Shown here piece after piece: positions 47,126 through 56,165 of a DNA stretch of 64,000 bases (the first letter of the stretch is position 1; each line of letters opens with the position of its first letter). This DNA is from Bdellovibrionales bacterium. Lineage in GTDB: Bacteria; Bdellovibrionota; Bdellovibrionia; Bdellovibrionales; JAGQZY01. The notes beneath the pieces are model-generated. The model was not told where the DNA came from. It saw only the letters and a list, made by a program, of their open reading frames with translations, and searched no databases. The position numbers and the translations under genes were made by a program. The stretch covers positions 52,662 to 116,661 of the forward strand of contig CAXREJ010000051.1 of NCBI GenBank assembly GCA_964229765.1, in the 5' to 3' direction.

Positions 47126-47461
47126 ATGGTCTTACGTACAGTCATTATGATATTTATTTTAAGCTTGAGTTCTTTAGCCATGGGGAAAAATATTTCTGTG
47201 AACATTGATGGAAAAATTTATCAATGTTCTGGGAATGGCAATGGAGGATCCGTAAACTGTGAAAGTAAAATTGAAGGATTAGAGCTTTTAGTCGACTCTT
47301 GCAAAGAGTCCTATGGTGCTTCTTATTGTATGGATAAGTATTGGTCTGATTTTGTTAAAGAGAATCCTCAGTGTAAGGCTGAAGGTTTACCAATATGTAT
47401 TGAGGCTTGTAAACAAAGCTATGGCGCTGCTTACTGTGCCGATAAATGCAATAGAGTTTAA
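47126..47461 (+). CDS. Small secreted Cys-rich protein with an internal duplication
   Basis: 111 aa with a signal peptide (...LSSLAMG|K) and a G7 Shine-Dalgarno-like run before the ATG. SCKESYGASYCMDKY (47297-47341) is repeated as ACKQSYGAAYCADKC (47405-47449). Confidence 0.6.
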   Translation: MVLRTVIMIFILSLSSLAMGKNISVNIDGKIYQCSGNGNGGSVNCESKIEGLELLVDSCKESYGASYCMDKYWSDFVKENPQCKAEGLPICIEACKQSYGAAYCADKCNRV

Positions 47462-47605
47462 ATAGCATTATTTATCTATTGTTTTAAAGTTTCATTTTAA
47501 TCCTCTTCTATGAAAGAAGTGCCTAAGCAATTGATTTTCATTTTAAGTTCCTCGTTGACTTAGTGAATATCACATTGGAAAAGAGCTGCTGAATAGGGGG
47601 GGGAT

Positions 47606-48187
47606 TTGAAACAGTTATTAGTATTTCTATTTGTTTTTAGTACATACAGCTCAAGTAAAGCTTCTTTAGTGAGTTTGGATCAATTCTCGCAGAAGAATCA
47701 GTGGACTTGGTCTTATTCTGAACGAGATGAGATCACAGGTGACTGGAAATCTCCGTATCTTTACGAAACCTATCAGGTGGTTGAGAAAAAAGGTTCAGTT
47801 GTAACGATTGAAATGTCTAGTCATGAGGATCTCAATAAAAAAACAAAGCCCCATCATAAGTTTATTGTAGATATTGAGAAGTGTTTAGAGGCGGGTCAAA
47901 ACCTTGGACGCTTTATGAAGTTCAAAATTTCTTTTTACACAATGACCTTAGAGAATCAATGGACATTGTTATCCCATCATCACAAAGCTTTGGCGTTCAC
48001 TGAAAAATTCAATTGCTATTGGGGGAAATTGAAGAAAGTGGAAAAGTGGGAAGAGAGCTTGGGAGTTCCACTGTTTCAGTGGAGAGGTTCTCCGGTGAGG
48101 TCTTGGTATATTGAGGCTTTAGATCAATATAGTGGTGTTGCCTTTGAACGAGAGACAGGTCAGTATCGTATGGAATTGGTCCAATAA
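47606..48187 (+). CDS. Secreted hypothetical protein
   Basis: 193 aa with a TTG start after a G8 run and signal peptide (VFSTYSSSKA|S). Confidence 0.5.
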   Translation: MKQLLVFLFVFSTYSSSKASLVSLDQFSQKNQWTWSYSERDEITGDWKSPYLYETYQVVEKKGSVVTIEMSSHEDLNKKTKPHHKFIVDIEKCLEAGQNLGRFMKFKISFYTMTLENQWTLLSHHHKALAFTEKFNCYWGKLKKVEKWEESLGVPLFQWRGSPVRSWYIEALDQYSGVAFERETGQYRMELVQ

Positions 48188-48228
48188 AAAGCTTTCTCGA
48201 TAAAAAGAAAGCTTTTGAAAGAATTGTT

Positions 48229-49323
48229 TTATCGCACTATAGTGGCTTTAAAACTTTGAAGTAGTTGAGAGAGTGGAACTGGCGGGTAGCCCATAGTGAT
48301 ACAGTGTATGCCCCCTTGTCCGCCGGTCGCTAAATTCCGAGTTGGTATGGTAATAATCTTTAAATTGGGATTGAGTCTCTTGTATAAATCGACGGCGTTT
48401 TGGTCGCCTGATTCGTTAAAGCTTGGAACAAAAAGAACATCGTTGACTTGTAATGAATTGATATAGGTTTCAAAGCGAAGCTCTCCTTCAGGCATCATAT
48501 GAACTTCATAGCCCGCAGCTTCGAGATCGGCAACATACTCAGGAGTGTCAGTGACAACAACATCATCGTTAATAAATTTAATCACTTCATCGGCATGACC
48601 AATGCCTTTTAAGTGTTGAAAGCGAATTAATTTTTGACAACCATAGTGATTTTTAAAGATAGAGTCTGGGATGGCCGCTGTATCCGAAACTCCCCCTGGG
48701 TAGGAGCGACGTCTGTTGATGACAATACACTCTCCGCGGGAGTTGGCCATAAAGTTACCACCTTCAAAAAAGTAATTATGGGAGCTTGAGAGGGAGGAGA
48801 AAAGGTTGGTTAAAAAAGCATCGGGCTCAAAGTTATAGTAGTATTTGGCGTCAACAAGAGTGAACTCTCCATCAGTCCATACAGGAAGCGGGAGGTTGTC
48901 TCTCGTCCAAAAACTATTAGACCCACTGTGTGGAATTTGAAGAATAATCAAACGACTCTCTTCAATGTAATCAAGGTATTTAGTCTTTAATCTGTTGAGA
49001 TAGTTTTGGTTGGTGGAAGTTGAATATACTATAAGAGTCACATCTTGAGGTAAGTTTTGAGCGATTGTTCTTTTGATTTCTGCGGCATATCCACGAAAGT
49101 CATCGTCGTTGAAGAACAGATAACCGGTTTTTTCGTATTCTGCGAATGGAAGCACCTGACTTGAACGTTGAGAGTTTGCGGTTAGTGGCTCCATTGTGGC
49201 CATTCTTTGGTTGTGCTCAGATATCATTTTTAGAGTCTGTTCATCTGGAGATTGCGGCAGAATCTCTTGGGCGTATAGATTGTGAGTGAATAAAAGTACG
49301 ATAGTTAGAAATAAAAACTTCAT
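48229..49323 (-). CDS. Secreted agmatine deiminase / Porphyromonas-type peptidyl-arginine deiminase family enzyme
   Basis: Signal peptide MKFLFLTIVLLFTHNLYA|Q. WTRDN, GGNF, GHADE and the C-terminal catalytic Cys block GGQGGIHCITMG occur in family order. Confidence 0.75.
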   Translation of the reverse strand: MKFLFLTIVLLFTHNLYAQEILPQSPDEQTLKMISEHNQRMATMEPLTANSQRSSQVLPFAEYEKTGYLFFNDDDFRGYAAEIKRTIAQNLPQDVTLIVYSTSTNQNYLNRLKTKYLDYIEESRLIILQIPHSGSNSFWTRDNLPLPVWTDGEFTLVDAKYYYNFEPDAFLTNLFSSLSSSHNYFFEGGNFMANSRGECIVINRRRSYPGGVSDTAAIPDSIFKNHYGCQKLIRFQHLKGIGHADEVIKFINDDVVVTDTPEYVADLEAAGYEVHMMPEGELRFETYINSLQVNDVLFVPSFNESGDQNAVDLYKRLNPNLKIITIPTRNLATGGQGGIHCITMGYPPVPLSQLLQSFKATIVR

Positions 49324-49665
49324 AGACCATTTCCCCCTGTTGATCAGATCGACTACTAATATATTTTTAGAAGAACTTATTTAAAAGCTATTTCCAAGTT
49401 TATCACTATCTTGAGTCACGACGAGTCAACAATGGGATTTTCATTCAAAGTCTTCAATAGAGCATTTTACTCTTGAGAAAAAAGTTAGGACGTATAGATA
49501 TTTTAGGTTTGTTATTGTAGCGACTTTTTTATAAGTTTATTTAAGAATATGAAATTAGTGAATCCAACAAGAATGGGCATTTTTGTTTCTTACTAGATGA
49601 TTCTACAACTTTGATCTTCTTCTATCATCCAGTGATGGAAGAAGATCACTACGATGCAGTTAGTT

Positions 49666-51330
49666 TTACTTCCAGTTGTCTCTAAGGCTAACAGAACGAT
49701 TAAAAACTAAATCATTAGAAGTTGAATCTTGGTCAAGACAAAAGTAACCCACGCGTTCAAACTGAAAAGATTCTCCAGGCTGTGCGTTTTTTAGCTCTGG
49801 TTCTCCGTAACAGGGATCAAGAACCTCTAACGAGTTTGGATTGAGAAATTCTAGGAAGTCTTTACCTTTATGACCTGTTGGATTGGGATCATTAAATAGA
49901 CGATCATAAATGTTAACCTTTAGAGGGACAGCTTCTTTGGCAGACACCCAATGGATAATCCCTTTAACTTTTCGGCCTTCAGGATTTTTCCCAAGAGTAT
50001 CAAGATCAACAGAAGCTTTAATTTCAACAATGTTTCCTTCATCATCTTTAATGACATCTTCACACTTGATGACATAAGAATTTCTGAGGCGAACTTCTCC
50101 ACCTGGTTTTAAGCGGAAATATTTTTTTGGAGGATCTTCCATGAAATCATCGCGATCAATCCAGATTTCATTAGACATGGGTAAATCTCTTGAGCCCATG
50201 GACTCATCAGACGGATGGTTGGGAGCCGTCAGTGTTTCATTGCGATCATAATTGATAAGAGTGAGTTTAAGGGGATTGAGTACGACCATGCGCCTCTGAG
50301 CTTTGCTATTGAGATCAGAACGTAAGCATTCCTCAAATTGACTGTAATCAATGATCGAATGGGCTTTAGAAACACCCACTTGGCGGCAAAGCTCCCTTAT
50401 GGATTCAGGAGTGTACCCACGACGTCTTAGTCCGCGCAATGTGGCCATGCGAGGATCATCCCAGCCAGAGACATGACCTTCTTCGACCAATTGCTTAAGC
50501 TTTCTTTTGGAGACAATAACATGGCTAAGGAAAAGTTTTGAGAATTCAATTTGTTTAGGAGGTTCTTGAAAATCCAATTCTTGTAAAAACCAATCGTAAA
50601 GCGGGCGGTGGTCTTCAAATTCCAAAGTACAAATGGAGTGAGTGATGTTTTCAATGGCATCAGAGATTCCATGGGTGAAATCATAAAGAGGGTAAATGCA
50701 CCATTTATCACCGGTGACAGGGTGGTGAGCATGACGTATGCGATATATGAGAGGATCACGCATATTCATATTTCCGGAGGTCATGTCGATTTTGGCCCTT
50801 AAAATATGCTCTCCATCTTTAAAGTCACCATTTTTCATTTTCTCGAAAAGTTCTAAGTTTTCTTCGACAGTGCGATCGCGAAAAGGGGAGTTCTTGCCTG
50901 GAGTATTATGATCACCTCGGTATTCTCGCACCTCTTCTTCAGAAAGAGAGTCTACATAGGCTTTGCCTTTTTTAATAAGTTGAACAGCGTAATCATAAAG
51001 TTGATCAAAATATTCCGAGGCATGACAAAGGTTATCCCACTGAAAACCGAGCCATTTTATATCGTCTTTGATGGCCTCAATGTATTCAGGGTCTTCCGAA
51101 ATGGGATTGGTGTCGTCAAAACGTAAATTGCACTGGCCCGAGTAAATTTGTTTAAGTTCAAAATTTAGGCATATTGATTTGGCATGACCAATATGGAGGT
51201 ACCCATTGGGCTCGGGCGGGAAGCGAGTGTGGACTCGTCCTGAGTTTAAACCAGCTTTCAGGTCTTGATCGATGATGTTTCGAATAAAATTCTTTGCTGG
51301 TTCTAATGTTTTTTCTTCAGCCATTGCCAT
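49666..51330 (-). CDS. glnS: Glutamine--tRNA ligase
   Basis: [17 protein letters not shown] (HIGH), VSKRKL (KMSKS-like), and [10 protein letters not shown] at the N-terminus. I start at the internal MAMAEEK. The 39-aa hydrophobic extension of the long ORF looks spurious. Confidence 0.93.
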   Translation of the reverse strand: MAMAEEKTLEPAKNFIRNIIDQDLKAGLNSGRVHTRFPPEPNGYLHIGHAKSICLNFELKQIYSGQCNLRFDDTNPISEDPEYIEAIKDDIKWLGFQWDNLCHASEYFDQLYDYAVQLIKKGKAYVDSLSEEEVREYRGDHNTPGKNSPFRDRTVEENLELFEKMKNGDFKDGEHILRAKIDMTSGNMNMRDPLIYRIRHAHHPVTGDKWCIYPLYDFTHGISDAIENITHSICTLEFEDHRPLYDWFLQELDFQEPPKQIEFSKLFLSHVIVSKRKLKQLVEEGHVSGWDDPRMATLRGLRRRGYTPESIRELCRQVGVSKAHSIIDYSQFEECLRSDLNSKAQRRMVVLNPLKLTLINYDRNETLTAPNHPSDESMGSRDLPMSNEIWIDRDDFMEDPPKKYFRLKPGGEVRLRNSYVIKCEDVIKDDEGNIVEIKASVDLDTLGKNPEGRKVKGIIHWVSAKEAVPLKVNIYDRLFNDPNPTGHKGKDFLEFLNPNSLEVLDPCYGEPELKNAQPGESFQFERVGYFCLDQDSTSNDLVFNRSVSLRDNWK

Positions 51331-51403
51331 CCTCCAAAGCTTTGTTTTTAGCATAAAAATTCCATTTTCACCTTTGAAAATTAATGTTATTCCAAGAATT
51401 CCT

Positions 51404-51919
51404 ATGAAAACGCAAAAAGTGATCATTTTCACCACGGGTGGAACCATTGAGAAAAGCTATAATGAGTTTGATGGCTCATTGGAAAACCGCCAGTCTCGTT
51501 TGAGAAACCGTTTGTTATCTCGATTGCGTTTGCCTCATACTGATGTGGAGCTGCATGAGCTGATGGCCAAAGACTCCCTTCATATGGATGATGAGGATCG
51601 AAAAAAAATCTGGGAGGCCATCGTCAGAGTTTTTCCTCATAAGGTTCCCATCATCGTTTTACATGGAACGGACACGATGGAAAAAACGGCTGAGTTTTGT
51701 TTTGCTCAAGATTCTGAGCCCCCTGTTCCCGTGGTATTTACTGGGGCTATGAAGCCCATGGGGTTTGAAGATTCTGATGCTCCGCAGAACTTTACGGAGG
51801 CTATGGCTGTTTGCCAGGTCATCAAGCCTGGGTTTTATGTCTCTTTTCATAATCGTGTTTTTTCGGTCCCCAGAGTCAGAAAGAACAAACAACGCCGAAC
51901 CTTTGAATCAAAGGATTAA
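51404..51919 (+). CDS. Stand-alone asparaginase/glutaminase N-terminal-domain protein (~171 aa)
   Basis: From the internal Met [19 protein letters not shown] (TGGTI nucleophile motif) and [10 protein letters not shown] (HGTDT motif). The ORF ends about where full-length type I/II asparaginases begin their C-terminal domain. Confidence 0.65.
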   Translation: MKTQKVIIFTTGGTIEKSYNEFDGSLENRQSRLRNRLLSRLRLPHTDVELHELMAKDSLHMDDEDRKKIWEAIVRVFPHKVPIIVLHGTDTMEKTAEFCFAQDSEPPVPVVFTGAMKPMGFEDSDAPQNFTEAMAVCQVIKPGFYVSFHNRVFSVPRVRKNKQRRTFESKD

Positions 51920-51922
51920 AAT

Positions 51923-53740
51923 ATGCTTCAAGTCGCACAATTGCAAAAATCTTACGGAGATCGCGTCCTTTTTAGTGATGTGTCTTTTTCTGTGGGGCAG
52001 GGGGAGATTGTTGGTCTTGTTGGGCGTAATGGATCGGGTAAGTCGACACTGTTTAAAATTATTAGAGGCGAAGAAGATCCAGATAATGGAGAAATTCATA
52101 CCAGTAAGTCCTACAAAATTGGCTATCTCAATCAACACATTAAATTTACGGAATCAACAGTTCTCGCTGAATGTGCTTTGAGTTTACCAAAAGATCAGAA
52201 ACTCGATACTTACAAAGCAGAAGCTTTGCTTTTTGGCCTTGGTTTTGAAGATAAGGATATGAGTCGCTCTCCCCATGATTTTTCTGGAGGGTATCAGTTA
52301 AGAATTAATTTGGTTAAATCACTCTTGCAAGAACCGGATTTATTATTGTTGGATGAACCGACAAACTACCTTGATATTCTGAGTCTTAATTGGCTGCGCG
52401 GCTTTCTTAAAGATTTTAGGGGAGATGTCATACTGATTACCCATGATCGTCACTTTATGGATTCAGTTGTTACTCATGTGATGGGGTTACATCGAGGTGG
52501 GCTAAAGAAAATTGAGGGAACCACAGCAAAATATTACGAACAATTGGAATTGGATGAAGAGATTTATGAAAAAACCAGGGTCAATACAGAAAAGAAAGTA
52601 AAAGAGATGCAGGCCTTTGTTGATCGCTTCCGTGCTAAAAACACAAAGGCTAAGCAAGCGCAATCAAAACTCAAGCAAATTGCTAAGCTCTCTCCTATGG
52701 CAAAGCTCTCACAAGAAGCCCAATTGGGTTTTCGATTTAACTACAAAGAGACACCAGCAAAAACACTCATGTCCATCAATGAGCTTCAATTTGGATACGA
52801 AGCGGAAAAACCTCTTTTCTCCGATCTCACCTTAACAATTAAACCAGAGGATCGAATCGGTATCATTGGGAAAAATGGATATGGAAAAACCACACTTCTT
52901 AATGTCATTGCTGGACAGTTACATGGAGAGGGTGAAATTAAAACTCACCCTGATGCTACGTTATCTTACTATCAGCAAACAAATAAAAAGAAACTCACTC
53001 CCTCGGCGACAGTGGCTGAGGAAATTGCTAGCGAAAATGTAAAGCTTTCGATCAGTCAAGTCAGAGCTATCTGCGGAGCGATGATGTTTCCTGGAGATGC
53101 TGCTGATAAAAAAATATCCGTTTTGTCTGGAGGGGAGCAGGGGCGTGTTCTTCTTGGTAAAGTCATTGCAAAATCTTGTAATGTTCTTCTTCTCGATGAA
53201 CCAACCAATCACCTTGATATGGAATCCATACAAGTTATGACTGAGGAAATAGATGCTTTTGATGGTGGAGTCGTATTCGTTAGCCACGACGAAGATCTTT
53301 TAAATAAACTGGCCAATAAGTTAATCATTTTTAAAAATGGCAATGCACAACTTTTCTTAGGTTCTTATCAAGAATTTTTAGAAAAAGAGGGGTGGGGAGA
53401 GGCTCCTGTTAGCAAAGTTAAAAAGTCTTCGGGAGATCGGAAAGAGGCAAAGAGAAAAAGAGCCTTAATCATTCAAGAGAGAGCTAAAAAATTAAAGCCT
53501 TTGAAAAAAGAAATCGATATTTTAGAGAAGTCAATTATGGAAGACGAAGCAACTCTAGAAAAAGCCAATCAGTCGGTGGCGGATATGTGTTTAGACACTG
53601 AAAAAAGCCAAGAGCTATTTAAAGAGATTGGCAAAATTCAGATTCGTATTGCTACATCCTACGAAAAGCTTGAGAAAGCGATGACGGATCATGATTTGAT
53701 GAGTTGTCAATTTGAAGAGCAGTTAGAAGAACTCAAATAG
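51923..53740 (+). CDS. ABC-F family ATPase (two ABC cassettes, no TMD)
   Basis: GRNGSGKST/FSGGYQLR/LLLLDEPTN and GKNGYGKTT/LSGGEQGR/VLLLDEPTNHLD, with a charged linker and a C-terminal coiled coil. Confidence 0.9.
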   Translation: MLQVAQLQKSYGDRVLFSDVSFSVGQGEIVGLVGRNGSGKSTLFKIIRGEEDPDNGEIHTSKSYKIGYLNQHIKFTESTVLAECALSLPKDQKLDTYKAEALLFGLGFEDKDMSRSPHDFSGGYQLRINLVKSLLQEPDLLLLDEPTNYLDILSLNWLRGFLKDFRGDVILITHDRHFMDSVVTHVMGLHRGGLKKIEGTTAKYYEQLELDEEIYEKTRVNTEKKVKEMQAFVDRFRAKNTKAKQAQSKLKQIAKLSPMAKLSQEAQLGFRFNYKETPAKTLMSINELQFGYEAEKPLFSDLTLTIKPEDRIGIIGKNGYGKTTLLNVIAGQLHGEGEIKTHPDATLSYYQQTNKKKLTPSATVAEEIASENVKLSISQVRAICGAMMFPGDAADKKISVLSGGEQGRVLLGKVIAKSCNVLLLDEPTNHLDMESIQVMTEEIDAFDGGVVFVSHDEDLLNKLANKLIIFKNGNAQLFLGSYQEFLEKEGWGEAPVSKVKKSSGDRKEAKRKRALIIQERAKKLKPLKKEIDILEKSIMEDEATLEKANQSVADMCLDTEKSQELFKEIGKIQIRIATSYEKLEKAMTDHDLMSCQFEEQLEELK

Positions 53741-53768
53741 GTTTTAACACCTATTTGAGTTTCTTATA
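53731..53768 (+). terminator. Likely terminator overlapping the ABC-F stop codon
   Basis: actcaaatagg-ttttaaca-cctatttgagt followed by TTCTTAT. Confidence 0.55.
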
Positions 53769-53908
53769 TTGACTCCTTTATGAAGGTTAAGACTTATTCC
53801 AACTTATTTTAGATAATGAGATGGAACACTTCATTTGAAATAAATTTGATACTCCTTTCAAACAAACAATTTTAAAATTCATAAATTTATGTAAAATAAA
53901 TCATTGTG

Positions 53909-54364
53909 TTATAAAGCAACAGGTTGATTGTCATTCTGATACAATTCGTCTGGGTTGATAACGCCATCACGAATTTCATAAAATTCCTGTTCACCCAAGG
54001 CGCGTCCTTGTTCGATGGAAAACGAAATACGTTGTAACGAGTCGAGATAGCCACGAGCCGCACTACGTCTTCCCAGTGCGCTACTTCGTGAAGCAATGTC
54101 ACTTCTTACAGCAGAGCAATTGACAGATTGTCCGTTTCTAAAAACAGCTTCGCTACAGTGGTTATTGCAAACCTGAGCAAAAAGGCGATCGGACTGTTCT
54201 ACAAAATCATCTCCCCAGCGACCACTCCAATAAGCACTTTCTATAGTCCTCAGGGCTTGATTGGCCGCTTGATAGCATTGCTCAGAAGCCTGACGGGAGT
54301 CTTGTGCATTGGCATAAGAAGTCAGCAAAAGAAATAACGATAAAGTCGTTATGAGTTGGTTCAT
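53909..54364 (-). CDS. Secreted hypothetical protein
   Basis: 151 aa with signal peptide (LLLTSYANA|Q) and four Cys. No motif was recognised. Confidence 0.55.
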   Translation of the reverse strand: MNQLITTLSLFLLLTSYANAQDSRQASEQCYQAANQALRTIESAYWSGRWGDDFVEQSDRLFAQVCNNHCSEAVFRNGQSVNCSAVRSDIASRSSALGRRSAARGYLDSLQRISFSIEQGRALGEQEFYEIRDGVINPDELYQNDNQPVAL

Positions 54365-54560
54365 TACAACCTCCTTTGACGAATTCTTATTACAGATTTC
54401 GTACCAAACTTGTTCTCAAATAGGTTCATTTTGAGATGCAAACTATTTGATGGAAATTGTTAGATAAGTATTTTTAGTAATTTATAGCAGGAGAGCTATT
54501 GAAGATTTATCTATATAAAATACATTGTTAAGACAAAAAACGTCACAATATTGGGTTCAT

Positions 54561-54657
54561 GCCGTTGAACTAAGTTCCCAGTTTCGTTGACTACGTCGTC
54601 GCGGTACACTTTGTACAGTATCCTCCTTGCGCCTGACAGTGAATTTAATTAAAGCGG
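54561..54657. repeat. Possible degenerate relative of the family A/B repeats
   Basis: It shares short blocks with A1 in the same order (ccgtt.a.ct.a.ttc, tcctcctt, tgcgc, tgaatttaa, gcgg). It lacks the GGCTGT termini. Confidence 0.3.
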
Positions 54658-54695
54658 TATGGAGTATGATTATCTAATATTAAACTTTAGACTAT

Positions 54696-55832
54696 TTAGA
54701 ACTCTCTTTCTGGAAAAGCTCCGGCGGCTCCTGGGGAACTTGTTTGCTCTGAAGCTTTAATTTTAAGTCTTTTTAAATCTTCATCAAGATAACCCAAAGG
54801 GTGTCCTTTTCTTTTGGACTTAACTATAAAATATTCTAAAGCATAATAACAAGTCGAGGCCGTTTTAGAGTGGGGATAGGTCTCGATACAGCTTTTGAAA
54901 TAGTTCTCAGGGAGACCCATCATACTAAGAGAGTCGTGTCCTTCATAAATTCTACCAAGTGAGAGTAAAACCTGTGCTCTCTTCTTAGAGTCTAAGTTTT
55001 GCTTTAAAGACTTGTGAAGAACTCCAGACCAAATGACGGACTCAAGCAGATCACTGTTCTTGTTTTTTTTCTTTACGACACTAATGATTTTATCAACAGA
55101 TAAATTATCAAATTTGCCTTTTTTAAGTTGTGATAACCAAGCGTTAATTTCTTTTTTGTGCTTTGGACTGAGCTTTTCTTGATCCACTTTTATAAGCTCT
55201 TTGTAGATCAAGCTCGAGTTAAAAGAATTTAAATTTGCTAAAAGAAAAAACTGTTCGAGAGCTTTCTGTTTTAGTTCTTGTGATGAGTCCGTGCTGTTTA
55301 TTCCATTGAGAAGCTCTTGTGATGCTTTTTCAAAAGATCTTGTCGCAATATAAATTTTGGCTCTTTCAATAAAGTTAAGGTCTTTGATAATCGGTGCAAA
55401 CTGATCAGGTTTAATAAATCGGGGACCAACCTTAGAAATTAGGTGGCAACTGTTACAGTAATTTAATGAGTATTGTAGTAAGTGTCTTGAGTACTCTTTT
55501 TCTCCTACAAAAAAGCTTTCATTGGCTTTTAGAATTTGATTCTTTAAACCATTGAGACCAATTTTAAAAAGAGGGTCTTCTCCGATTAATGGTTTTGCCA
55601 AGTGACGGTCAAGGCCATTGGCTCCTTGGCTCAATTGTTTAATGCGTAATTCAATAGCCGTCTCAAAACTAGGGTCTGAAAATCTTTTTTCAGAATAGAG
55701 GTAGGGAAGTAGGTTCTCATAGGCTTTTGCCATTTGTTCCATCGAGTTTGACCAACTTGCCTGTCTGTTCGAGTTCTGGCATCCAAGGAAAAGGTTGAGC
55801 AGCAAAAAGGCTAAAACGAGTCGAAATGTCAT
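54696..55832 (-). CDS. Lipoprotein with a single CxxCH heme-c motif and TPR-like helical repeats
   Basis: Lipobox LFLG|C and CNSCH at about aa 127. The rest is helical. Confidence 0.5.
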   Translation of the reverse strand: MTFRLVLAFLLLNLFLGCQNSNRQASWSNSMEQMAKAYENLLPYLYSEKRFSDPSFETAIELRIKQLSQGANGLDRHLAKPLIGEDPLFKIGLNGLKNQILKANESFFVGEKEYSRHLLQYSLNYCNSCHLISKVGPRFIKPDQFAPIIKDLNFIERAKIYIATRSFEKASQELLNGINSTDSSQELKQKALEQFFLLANLNSFNSSLIYKELIKVDQEKLSPKHKKEINAWLSQLKKGKFDNLSVDKIISVVKKKNKNSDLLESVIWSGVLHKSLKQNLDSKKRAQVLLSLGRIYEGHDSLSMMGLPENYFKSCIETYPHSKTASTCYYALEYFIVKSKRKGHPLGYLDEDLKRLKIKASEQTSSPGAAGAFPEREF

Positions 55833-56165
55833 AATTTCTCTCCATGAGATTCATTAATGAGGTCATTCAAGGTTTATAATTGATAAACTTAAATATGGAG
55901 AGAGGCATGCCGTTTTTACATTTATGTAATATCTATAGCTCTTTACTTAATCTTGAGTTTTAAAAGATTGATCATTTTGATCCTCATTTAATATCAATTA
56001 TGGTGAGTGCACGAGCAAGTAAAAAAGAACAACCGTTATTTGTAATTTTTTCCCAACTTTTTGGTAAATTGACCTCATTTCAGAAGAATGGAATTCTCAA
56101 GTCTTCATTTCTATTGGGGAAATTTAACATAAATCCGGGGGGAGAGTTGTTGAGGAGATTGTCTG

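Noticed and set aside
49600-49650. Hairpin gatcttcttc...gaagaagatc after glnS as a canonical terminator
   Set aside because: It is a good 10-bp stem, but there is no U-tract on the minus strand. It may still act as an RNA stabiliser or a Rho-dependent site, and it is not annotated as a terminator.
49666-51447. Membrane-anchored GlnS (39-aa hydrophobic N-terminal extension in the long ORF)
   Set aside because: The extension overlaps the divergent promoter region and the asparaginase-like ORF frame. The conserved GlnS N-terminus begins at the internal MAMAEEK, so the extension is most likely untranslated.
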